This document shows positions 41,795 to 50,708 of a stretch of 64,000 nt of DNA, in pieces. A program made the position numbers and the translations under genes. Under the pieces are notes generated by a model that was not told the DNA's origin, ran no database searches, and saw nothing but the letters and a program-made list of their open reading frames with translations. How positions within the stretch are numbered: the stretch's first letter is position 1; every line of letters begins with the position of its first letter. The stretch is from an uncultured Actinomycetota bacterium (GTDB lineage: Bacteria > Actinomycetota > Actinomycetes > JAHEKZ01): positions 1,472,001 through 1,536,000 of the forward strand of contig CAWHIJ010000003.1 of NCBI GenBank assembly GCA_963829525.1, given 5' to 3'.

Positions 41795-42866
41795 ATGGCG
41801 ACCCGCCCCATTTCGCGAGCCCTGTCCTTGGCCGTCGCAGCCGCATTCAGCATCACCACCATCGCTTTGGTTCCCGGCACCGGTGTTGCCGACCCCAACG
41901 TAAGCATCGATCAGGTGCAGCAGCGGGTGGACGCCCTCTATCACGAGGCCGAGGCAGCCACCGAGCGCGCACACAACATCAACCTCGATGTCCACGATGC
42001 CCAGCGTCGACTTGCTCGCGCTGCGTGCCGACATCGACAAGCAGGAGCGCGAGTTCGAGGCGCTGCGTGAGGTGCTGGCCCACGCAGCATCAGACATGTA
42101 CGCCACCGGGGGCATCGACCCGTCGATGCAGATGATGCTCGCCAGCAACCCCGACGACTTCCTGCTGCAGGCGCAGTCGCTCGACCAGGTGCTCCGTAGT
42201 CAAGATGCAGACCTGCGTCGCGCAGAGGTTGCTCAGCTCGCGCTCGCGCAGGCGAAGACTCGGGCCGACCAAGAACTCGCTCGGCTCAATGACCTGCAGG
42301 CACAGGCGCAGAAAGAACGCGACGCCGCAAACGCCAAGCTTGCTGAGGCCCAACAGCTTCTGTCCCGACTGAAGGCCGAAGAGCGTCAGCGGCTCGCGGC
42401 GCTTGCTGCCCAGCGTGCCGCAGACGCTGCTGCAGCAGCACGTTCGGCTCCGGCGCCAGCCCCGGCGTCGGCTCCGGCACCAGCGGCGTCATCGACCTCC
42501 TCCTCGGGAAGTGGTCGAGGTGGATCTGCGGTTGCCTTCGCCCAAGCTCAGGTCGGAAAGTCCTACGTTTTCGGCGCCGCTGGCCCGGACGCCTTCGACT
42601 GCTCCGGCCTCACCATGGCGGCCTGGGCCAGCGCCGGCGTCTCACTACCGCACTCTGCAGCCGCGCAGTACGGCGTCACCTCGCGGGTCGACTCAGGCAG
42701 CCTTATCCCCGGTGACCTCGTCTTCTTCTACAGCCCCATCTCGCACGTCGGCATGTACGTCGGTGGCGGCATGATCGTGCACGCTTCCAACCCCGGCACC
42801 GGTGTGGTGATGGAGCCGCTCGCCGGCTACTGGATGTCGGTGTTCGTCAGCGGCGGCCGGGTCTAA
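41795..42866 (+). CDS. NlpC/P60 peptidoglycan endopeptidase with coiled coil (RipC/Rv2190c-like), frameshift ~42010
   Basis: Signal peptide, coiled coil, YVFGAAGPDAFDCSGLT, PGDLVFF, SHVGMY, VHA. Confidence 0.92.
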
Positions 42867-42934
42867 CCCCACTACCGGGTAGGACCTTGCGGGGGTGTGC
42901 GCCGCGTGAGGCTTGACTTGCCTACCATCGACGG

Positions 42935-44168
42935 GTGAGCCGTTCTCCGTCGCAGCGCCCGATCGCGCTGATCGTCGCCCCCTTCGTGGCTGTGGCTGTG
43001 GTCGCCAGCGCAGGGGCCGGCTTCGCGGTAGGGATCGTGCAGCCACCACCTGAGCGGCCGGCAGGTACCGGGTGGTTCGACCGTTGGGCGAACGATGTCG
43101 GTGACACCACGCTCACCGAGTTCACCGCGATCGCAGCCGGTCATCAGCTCAGCAGCCGCGGCAAGCAGGCTCTCAGCGGTGCCGGCAACGCGCTGGCTGG
43201 GGTCCCGTTCGAGTCGTTTCAGGTGCGTCTGTCGCAATCGGACAGGCCGGACGTCGGCGATGTACTGAGTGGGTCGTTCGACGCCACCGCGATCGTCGAG
43301 TACCGCCTGCCACTGGACCGTGTGCTGGTCGGGCGCACGGCCGATGCCACGTTCCGCCTCAGCCCACACGGCTGGCGGCTGGTGCGGCTGGACGCGTCCG
43401 GCCGCGACCTGTGGGACCACGAGCCCGTCGACGTCACCGAGGATGGACAAACGCTCGTGATCGGTCGTCGTGGTGACGCCCGGTTGTCAGGCCTCGGAGC
43501 TCTTGCCGAGCGGGCCAGGCAGGACGTTGCCGCGTTCTGGACGGCGCGGTGGCCGCGGACCGCCGTCGTGGTGCTGCCATCGGCACCACGTCTGCTCGAT
43601 CCATTGGCCGGCACTGCGTCTGGGCAGCGACCAGGTGGCGGTTACCTTGTGGGCGAGTGGCTCTGACGGCCCGGTGATCCGGGTGCTGATGAACCCCGGC
43701 GTCTACGACCGGATGCCGACGCTGGCGCGCCAGATCGTCTTGCGCCACGAGATCACGCACGTGGCGCAGGACGCCCTTCCGCGCGACAACGTCCCGACGT
43801 GGCTGTCCGAGGGGTTGGCCGACTACGTGGGCTATCGCGGGTCCGGCGTCCCGGAGTCGGTCGTGGGCGCTCAGATCTTCGCGCAGACGCGGACCGCTGG
43901 CGCCCCGGAAGACCTTCCCACGGAGTCGGAGTTCAACCTCGACCGTCCTGGTGAGGAGCGCCGAGCGGCGTACCAGTCGGGATGGGCGTTCTGCCAGATG
44001 GTGGCCGATGAGTACGGCGATGACGCCCTGGTGCCGTTCTACGTGGCCGTGTCGCGGGGCGACGGGCCGGCCAAGGAGCGGCTCGACGCCGCAGCCGATG
44101 AGGTTCTCGGGACGTCGTACGACGATCTCCGGGCGAAGTGGCGCTCGTGGCTGACGGCCAACGCATGA
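42935..44168 (+). CDS. Membrane-anchored zinc-peptidase-like protein (HExxH), frameshift ~43612
   Basis: N-terminal TM; RDLWD; VLRHEITHVA; PTWLSEGLADYV. Confidence 0.82.
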
Positions 44169-45475
44169 CGCCTCGCGTTGCGGCTGTCTGGGTCCTGGTC
44201 GCGGTTTTGGTCGTGCTCGTAGGCGCCGCCGCACTGCTCGTGCCGTGGGGGAGTGCCAGAGCGGCTACCGGCTCCATCACTCCCGACGCGACGATCGACT
44301 TCAGCGCAGCCGAGATCGCCATCGGCGACCGGCTGGCCAAGCTCCTTGTGGTGCCGGGACTCATCTCGATGGGGGTCAGCCTGGCGCTGACCCTTGCGCT
44401 GGGCCTAACCCCGCTAGGTGTGCGCATCGCGGGCGCCGTTGCGCGCCCACTCGGCGGTGGCTGGTTCTGGCAGGCGGCGCTCGGCGGGCTCGTGCTGCTG
44501 CTCATCGTTCGGCTCGCGACGCTTCCCTTCGGGGCGTGGGCGGAGTCGGTGCGGCAAGCAAACGGACTCTCCACGCGCAGCTGGTCGACGTGGGTGGTGG
44601 ACGTCGCAAAAGGCTTTGGCCTGAGCGCCGCGATCACGCTGGTCGCCCTCACCGTGCTGATCGGTCTGGCCCGCCGCTGGCCGGACTGGTGGTGGGTCGC
44701 AGGGGGCCTCGGGGCGGCGCTGCTGGTGGTCGCGGTCTCCTTCGCCTACCCGCTGGTCATCGAACCGGTGTTCAACAAGTTCACACCGATGGCTGACGGC
44801 GACCTGCGCACGAGTCTGCTGGCCCTTGCCGACGAGGACGGCGTCGCCGTCGATGACGTGCTGGTGGCCGACGCGAGCCGGCGGACGTCCACCTTGAACG
44901 CGTACGTGTCTGGGTTCGGCAGCAGCAGACGAATCGTTGTGTACGACACCCTCCTGGAGCAGGCACCAGATGCGGAGGTCGAAGCGGTTGTCGCACACGA
45001 GCTGGGCCATGTCTCCGACCACGACGTCATCACCGGCACCGTTCTCGGGGCCTTGGGAGCGACCGCCGTTGTGGTGCTGCTCTTCCTAGTCGGCGGATGG
45101 TTGCCGCTCGATCGGTGGTTGGGGATCTCAGGGGTTGGCGACGGGCGGTCGATCGCCTTCCTGCTGGCCTTTGTCGCCGTGGTCTCGTTCCTGTCGACTC
45201 CAGTGCAGAGCTTGGTCAGTCGCCAACTCGAGGCCCGAGCTGATGTGCATGCGCTCAATCTCACCGAGGACCCGCAAGCATTCGCGGAGATGCAGCGGCG
45301 GCTCGCGACAGCGTCGAAGTCCGACGTCACTCCGAACCGAGTGCTGTACCAATGGTTCGGCACTCATCCGACCGCAGCGGAGCGCATGGCGACGGCTCGT
45401 GCCTGGGCCCTGACGCACACGGGCATCACCGTTCCGCCACCGTTGTCGCCTGATCGTGTTCCTGGGGTGGGCTGA
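44165..45475 (+). CDS. M48/Ste24-family membrane metalloprotease
   Basis: NAYVSGFG, YDTLL, AHELGH, EARAD, THPT. Confidence 0.92.
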   Translation: MTPRVAAVWVLVAVLVVLVGAAALLVPWGSARAATGSITPDATIDFSAAEIAIGDRLAKLLVVPGLISMGVSLALTLALGLTPLGVRIAGAVARPLGGGWFWQAALGGLVLLLIVRLATLPFGAWAESVRQANGLSTRSWSTWVVDVAKGFGLSAAITLVALTVLIGLARRWPDWWWVAGGLGAALLVVAVSFAYPLVIEPVFNKFTPMADGDLRTSLLALADEDGVAVDDVLVADASRRTSTLNAYVSGFGSSRRIVVYDTLLEQAPDAEVEAVVAHELGHVSDHDVITGTVLGALGATAVVVLLFLVGGWLPLDRWLGISGVGDGRSIAFLLAFVAVVSFLSTPVQSLVSRQLEARADVHALNLTEDPQAFAEMQRRLATASKSDVTPNRVLYQWFGTHPTAAERMATARAWALTHTGITVPPPLSPDRVPGVG

Positions 45476-45476
45476 G

Positions 45477-46613
45477 GTGGCGCGCTTGCTGGTGGTGACG
45501 AACGACTTCCCGCCACGGCCCGGTGGCATCCAGACGTTCGTACACGAGCTCGTTCGCCGGCTCGACCCCGCCGACGTCGTCGTCTACACGTCGCAATGGA
45601 AGGGGTGGGAGGCGTTCGACCGCGATCAGCCGTTCGAGGTGGTGCGCGAAGACACGTCGATGCTGCTGCCGACACCTGCCGTGCGTCGGTGTGCGAAAGG
45701 TCTGGTGCGTTCACGCGGATGTGATGCGGTGCTCTTCGGGGCGGCAGCTCCGCTGGCGCTGCTCGGGCCATCGTTGCGAGAGGCTGGGGCATCCCGGTTG
45801 GTCGCGCTGACCCATGGCCATGAGGCCGGATGGGCGCAGCTGCCGGGACCGCGGCAGGTGCTGCGTCGGATCGGTGACGGAGTTGACGTCGTCACCTACC
45901 TGGGGGAGTACACGCGGAGCCGGATCGCGGAGGCGCTGTCGCCCGCTGCCGCCGAGCGGATGGTGCGGTTGACCCCCGGCGTCGACGCTGACGTCTTCAC
46001 TCCGGAGGCGGACGGCACGGCGATCCGGCAGCGGTATGGCTTGGGGGGCCGTCCCGTGGTCGTCTGTGTCTCACGGCTGATGCGGCGCAAGGGCCAGGAC
46101 ACCTTGATCGAGGCATTCCCCGCGCTCAAGCGGCGCGTGCCGGACGCCGCGCTGTTAGTCGTGGGGGGCGGGCCCTATCGCGCTCGGTTGGCGGAGCTGG
46201 CTCAGGACTCGACGTGGGGTGAGGACATCATCTTCACCGGGTCGGTGCCGTGGCCGGAGCTTCCCGCCCATTACGCCGCGGGGGACGTCTTCGCGATGCC
46301 GTGCCGCACCCGACGTCGTGGGTTGGACGTGGAGGGTCTGGGCATCGTGTACCTGGAGGCGTCGGCGACCGGCTTACCGGTGCTGGCCGGTGACTCCGGC
46401 GGAGCGCCAGACGCTGTGCTCTCCGGTGAGACCGGCTGGGTGGTCTCAGCCGGAGTCGGCGCGCCTGCTGAGATGGTTGGGCGCCTGGAGGAGCTGTTGG
46501 GCGACGCCGACCTGCGGGCCACCGTTGGGCAGCGGGGAAGAGCCTGGGTGCAGGACGAGTGGTCGTGGGATCGTCAGGTGGAGCGGCTGCAGGGTTTGGT
46601 CGCGGCGCGCTAG
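45477..46613 (+). CDS. GT4 glycosyltransferase (PimB'/Rv2188c-like)
   Basis: VTNDFPPRPGGIQ, THGHE, SRL.RRKGQD, EGLGIVYLEA. Confidence 0.93.
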   Translation: MARLLVVTNDFPPRPGGIQTFVHELVRRLDPADVVVYTSQWKGWEAFDRDQPFEVVREDTSMLLPTPAVRRCAKGLVRSRGCDAVLFGAAAPLALLGPSLREAGASRLVALTHGHEAGWAQLPGPRQVLRRIGDGVDVVTYLGEYTRSRIAEALSPAAAERMVRLTPGVDADVFTPEADGTAIRQRYGLGGRPVVVCVSRLMRRKGQDTLIEAFPALKRRVPDAALLVVGGGPYRARLAELAQDSTWGEDIIFTGSVPWPELPAHYAAGDVFAMPCRTRRRGLDVEGLGIVYLEASATGLPVLAGDSGGAPDAVLSGETGWVVSAGVGAPAEMVGRLEELLGDADLRATVGQRGRAWVQDEWSWDRQVERLQGLVAAR

Positions 46614-46620
46614 CCGGCGG

Positions 46621-46800
46621 TCAGCAGTTTCCTGCTCCGTTGGTGACCTGCTGGCATGAGTCCGTGTAGGAGGCGAAGACTGTCTGGCCGAGCACGAAGA
46701 CGATGGATGCCACGACTGCGGCAATCCCCACGACGATGAGGGCGTACTCAACGGCCGAGGCGCCATCGTCGGCGACAGAGTTCCTGTGAATGTCGGTCAT
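46621..46800 (-). CDS. flp: Flp (type IVc/Tad) pilin 2
   Basis: Manual translation MTDIHRNSVADDG/ASAVEYALIVVGIAAVVASIVFVLGQTVFASYTDSCQQVTNGAGNC*; G/xxxxEY Flp motif; GAGGGGG RBS. Confidence 0.9.
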   Translation of the reverse strand: MTDIHRNSVADDGASAVEYALIVVGIAAVVASIVFVLGQTVFASYTDSCQQVTNGAGNC

Positions 46801-46845
46801 TGCTGTTCCCCCTCGGTTGGCCGGACTGCCCTTGCGGGTGTTGGA

Positions 46846-46883
46846 AGCAGAAGGGCGAGACCATCGGGTCTCGCCCTTCTGCT
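46846..46883. terminator. Hairpin between the two flp genes
   Basis: Perfect 17-bp stem AGCAGAAGGGCGAGACC-atcg-GGTCTCGCCCTTCTGCT. Confidence 0.8.
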
Positions 46884-46910
46884 ACTCACATGGTGCTCAC
46901 TGCTTTGGAA

Positions 46911-47104
46911 CTAGCAGCCCGAGTTCTGAATGCAGTCGTTGGTGGTGGTGAATGCGTCGAGGATGTTGTCCGCCGAGAGTGAACACGATGGCGGCAATGA
47001 CGGCGGCGATGGCCGCGACAAGCAGGCCGTACTCAACGGCTGACGCACCGTCATCGTTGCGAGAAGTCGAGCAGTGCGCGGACGTACTGGATCTGAGCGG
47101 TCAT
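46911..47104 (-). CDS. flp: Flp pilin 1 (two frameshifts, ~47062 and ~46970)
   Basis: Stitched MTAQIQYVRALLD..RNDDG/ASAVEYGLLVAAIAAVIAAIVFTLG.DNILDAFTTTNDCIQNSGC*; GAAAGGGA RBS. Confidence 0.82.
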
Positions 47105-47323
47105 GAGAGAAAGTCCCTTTCGGTAGCCCTGTGTTCCGTTGTCCCCAGGTGGGGTGTCCGGGCCCCCCTCGGGCTCCGGCTCCATAAGGATGCGGGATTC
47201 CGAGGATGATCAACATCGGCTGGCGGTCCGGCAATCGCTGTCCGATCGGTTGACCCCCAATCGGGTGACGCGCGGTAGCTCTTCCTTGACACCGCGCGCT
47301 GCTCGTGGTCGAGCTGACCGCGT

Positions 47324-47965
47324 CTACGAGGTAGCTTCGGGTGGTTCGATGAGGCCCGCGCGCAACGCCGCCATGATGGCCTGGGCGCGGTTGCCCGCCC
47401 CCAGCTTCTCGTAGAGCTTGGAGATGTGGGTCTTCGTGGTGGAGTCGCTGATGAAGAGGCGTCGCGATATCTGCGCGACCCCCAGGCCCTCCGCCAGCAG
47501 GTCGAGTACCTCCTTCTCGCGGGGTGAGAGCTGCGGGCCGGTTGGAGACATCCGGCGGCGCATCGCGTCGGCCAGGTCGGGTGCGGTGAAGGACCGGGGC
47601 GAGCTCGCCGCGTGACGGGCAGCGATGACGACATCGTCAGCCGGCGCGTCCTTGGGGACGAAAGCCGAGGCTCCGGCATCGAGGGCGCCGAACAGCTGGT
47701 CGTCACCGGCGTACATGGTCAGGACCACGATCCCGAGCTGGGGGTAGGTGCTGCGCGCCTCGCGGGCGGCATCGAGGCCGCTGCCGTCGGGCAGTCGAAC
47801 GTCGAAGATGACCACGTCAGGGCGGTGTTCGGCCAACTGGGTACGCGCCTCAGCCACTGACGCGGCCTCGGCGGCGACCTCGAAGTCAGCCGAGCGCTCG
47901 AAAGCGCGGCGCAGGCCCTCGCGGATCAGCTGATGGTCGTCAACGAGCAGCACGCGAATCGTCAT
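47324..47965 (-). CDS. NarL/LuxR-family response regulator
   Basis: VLLVDDH, FDVRLPDGSG, VLT, FVPK; LSPREKEVL..LFISDSTTKTHISKLYEKLG. Confidence 0.95.
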   Translation of the reverse strand: MTIRVLLVDDHQLIREGLRRAFERSADFEVAAEAASVAEARTQLAEHRPDVVIFDVRLPDGSGLDAAREARSTYPQLGIVVLTMYAGDDQLFGALDAGASAFVPKDAPADDVVIAARHAASSPRSFTAPDLADAMRRRMSPTGPQLSPREKEVLDLLAEGLGVAQISRRLFISDSTTKTHISKLYEKLGAGNRAQAIMAALRAGLIEPPEATS

Positions 47966-49583
47966 GCTCGTCGTCCCTCCCCCTTGTGCCGATGCCGGTG
48001 TCGAGTGCATCCGGCTCTCGTGGTCGGACCTCCACGCTAGTGCCTCCGCCCGATCGGGTGGTGACGTTCAACGTGCATCCGGCCCGTAAGGCGCGCTCTT
48101 GCATGATTGCCATACCGAAACTGTCTTCACGTGGAGGGAGCAGACCTCGGCCGTCATCCTCGACTCGCAGGTACACGTCGGGGGCATCGATCAGGCACGT
48201 CACCCAGAGATTCTGCGCCCGGCTGTGTCGGCGGGCATTGGCGATGGCCTCCTGGGCAATGCGCAGCAGCTCTGACTCGACGGCCGGTCGAAGTCGGGTA
48301 GGCGACTCAGCGAGCTCGAGATGGATCGCGATTCCGGCGGACTCACCGATGTGGCGGGTGTGGTCGGCGAGCACGGAGGTGAGGCTGGCACCCGGGCCGA
48401 CCTCGCGACGCAGGTCGAAGATCGAGTAGCGCAGCTCACCGATGACCCGCGTCAGCTCCTCGCGAAGGCGAAGCAGGTCTGGCCGAAGGGGCTCTGTGGC
48501 CCGCGCTGCCATGTCGTCGATGAGATACCCCAGGGACGCGACTTCCTGGGCAACTCCGTCGTGGATCTCGCGCGCGAGGCGCTGCCGCTCCTCGGCAGTC
48601 GCAAGGGTGCGAACTTCGTCGAACAGCAGCGCAGCATCGAGGCGTACGGCGTCGGCGTCGGCTACTGATTGCATGTCAGCGAGCTCCCCCTTGGTCCAGG
48701 GCTGATCGCGGCGCTCGACGGCAACCAGACCGACCAAGGTGTCCCTGATGCGGATGGGGACTATGGCCCCGTTCATCGAAGGATCAGTGCCCAACGGACC
48801 ACCGACCGCCCGAACCTCTCGCTTCTCCATCACCTGGTGCCAGACGGTTCCCGCGGCGAGATCGGTGAAAAGCTCTGCATCAACACCTGGACCGAAGGCC
48901 AGCAAGACGGGTTGGCCACCGGTGCGGTAGCCGTAGACCCAACCGCGGGTCATCCCGAATCGCTCGCGGAGGTCGTCCAGGAGAGTGGAGCCGAGCGACA
49001 CCGCATCCAGACCCCCAGAGAGCTCGCGAGAGAGGTCGCGAAGCTGGACGAGCAGGCGCGCCGCGGCAGCGTAGGACTGGTCGTCGTCAGGAAGTTCGGT
49101 CTGAACACGACGGACCCACGCTGCGAGGAGTCCAACCGCAAGGGCGATCAGCGACCACTGAACTACATCGACGATGTACTCCGACCCAGCCAGGCCACCA
49201 ATCCCGGCCGCGCCGGGCGTCAGGAGGCCGAGGATGGTGGCGCCTGATGTGATCACCGCCAAGGTCCAGCCACCGATGAGCCCAGCGGAAAGTGCCGGGG
49301 TGACCAGGTAGGGCAACAGTGAAGGGTCGTACGGGTCCGCGGTCGCGATGATCAGGCCAGCGATCAGGGCCTCGACCACCGGGCGCCAGCGCCGCAGGCT
49401 CCGGGTCTGCACGGGTAGCACCGCAGCGACGGCCAGAACGCTGAGCAGGAGGAGCTGGACGATGAGCTCATCGGCCGTTCCGGTGATGGCCGCCACCGCA
49501 TACATCAGACCCAGGGCAGCCGCCCTGACCCCGATTTCGATGCGCTCATCGTCCAGTTGTCCCAGCACCCGGTCACGTACCAC
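47940..49583 (-). CDS. Membrane GAF-domain sensor histidine kinase (HisKA_3)
   Basis: ~5 TM; GAF-like region; ERQRLAREIHDGVAQ, QEAIANARRH, VEDDGRG, FGMAIMQERA. Confidence 0.93.
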   Translation of the reverse strand: MVRDRVLGQLDDERIEIGVRAAALGLMYAVAAITGTADELIVQLLLLSVLAVAAVLPVQTRSLRRWRPVVEALIAGLIIATADPYDPSLLPYLVTPALSAGLIGGWTLAVITSGATILGLLTPGAAGIGGLAGSEYIVDVVQWSLIALAVGLLAAWVRRVQTELPDDDQSYAAAARLLVQLRDLSRELSGGLDAVSLGSTLLDDLRERFGMTRGWVYGYRTGGQPVLLAFGPGVDAELFTDLAAGTVWHQVMEKREVRAVGGPLGTDPSMNGAIVPIRIRDTLVGLVAVERRDQPWTKGELADMQSVADADAVRLDAALLFDEVRTLATAEERQRLAREIHDGVAQEVASLGYLIDDMAARATEPLRPDLLRLREELTRVIGELRYSIFDLRREVGPGASLTSVLADHTRHIGESAGIAIHLELAESPTRLRPAVESELLRIAQEAIANARRHSRAQNLWVTCLIDAPDVYLRVEDDGRGLLPPREDSFGMAIMQERALRAGCTLNVTTRSGGGTSVEVRPREPDALDTGIGTRGRDDEHDDSRAAR

Positions 49584-49703
49584 GCCTCCACGGTGTCACA
49601 GCCGGGGGCGAATCGAGTCGATCCACGCGCGCTCATGCCGCCAAACGTGGGCTATCTGGCAAAGTCCCGGCGGTGGAGGCTGCCTTGTGATTCCATTTCA
49701 GAC

Positions 49704-50705
49704 ATGTCTGACCAGTTGTTCTCCCTCAGTGACGTGCTCGATGCCACAGATCGACGCCTGGATGCCGGCCTGACCGCCGCCGCACGCGTGACACCCACCG
49801 GGTTCCATCCCCTCGACACCTATCTCGGTGGAGGCCTGCGTGCGGGCGAGCTCACCCTTCTGGGAGGGCCGCAGGGTCTGGGCAAGACGACGATGGCCCT
49901 GCAGCTTCTTCGCAATGTCGTGGTGAGTGGCGGCACCGGGCTCTACTTCTCGTTCGAGCACGACCCAGCCACGGTGCTCGAACGGTTTGTCGCCATCGAG
50001 GCGGCGGCTCGCTATGGCATCGATGCCGTCCAGCTTCGGCGCATCCGTGAGGCGATGGAGAGCTTGGACGGCCACAGCGGAGGGTTGGCCGAACGGCTGG
50101 CCAACACCCCTGGGGGAGCCGAGGCCGTTGACGCCGTGGGGAAGTACGCACCCCGTCTGCACATTCACCGCGCCAGCGGTGGGGCCACCGACCTCGCCTC
50201 GATCCGGTCGATGGTGGACGCGGTCATCGCCGAGAGTGGCGCTCCACCGGTGGTCGTCGTCGACTACCTGCAGAAGGTTCCTGTGCTTGATCGACCCCTC
50301 TCCGAAGAAGACCGCATCACCACCGTTGCGCAGGGGCTGAAAGACCTCGCCCTGGAACGCGATGTCCCGGTCCTGGCAGTGGTTGCTTCTGACAAGGAAG
50401 GGATCACCAGCGGTCGCAGGATGCGGGTGCACCACCTGCGCGGAGCTGCGGTGTTGGCCTACGAGGCCGACGTTGTACTCGTGATCAACGACAAGTACGA
50501 CGTGGTCGCGCGACACCACCTGGTGTTCGACGTCGGCAATGCCGAGCGCTTCCGCGACTACGTCGTGGTCACGATCGAGAAGAACCGCACGGGAATCGAC
50601 CGGGTCGACCTGGAGTTCCGGAAGCGATTCGAGCAAGGTCGATTCGAGACCGAAGGTCGGCCGGTGGCAGAGCAGCTGGTGGACGAGCGGGTGTTCGTCG
50701 AGTGA
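49704..50705 (+). CDS. Stand-alone DnaB C-terminal-like (RecA-fold) ATPase
   Basis: TGFHPLDTYLGGGL; Walker A GPQGLGKT; FSFE; VVVDYLQ; LKDLALERDVPV; LRG....YEADVV; IEKNRTG. Confidence 0.85.
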   Translation: MSDQLFSLSDVLDATDRRLDAGLTAAARVTPTGFHPLDTYLGGGLRAGELTLLGGPQGLGKTTMALQLLRNVVVSGGTGLYFSFEHDPATVLERFVAIEAAARYGIDAVQLRRIREAMESLDGHSGGLAERLANTPGGAEAVDAVGKYAPRLHIHRASGGATDLASIRSMVDAVIAESGAPPVVVVDYLQKVPVLDRPLSEEDRITTVAQGLKDLALERDVPVLAVVASDKEGITSGRRMRVHHLRGAAVLAYEADVVLVINDKYDVVARHHLVFDVGNAERFRDYVVVTIEKNRTGIDRVDLEFRKRFEQGRFETEGRPVAEQLVDERVFVE

Positions 50706-50708
50706 CGC

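Noticed and set aside
49704-50705. DnaB-like gene as a prophage/ICE marker
   Set aside because: No integrase, primase, structural genes or att-like repeats seen nearby
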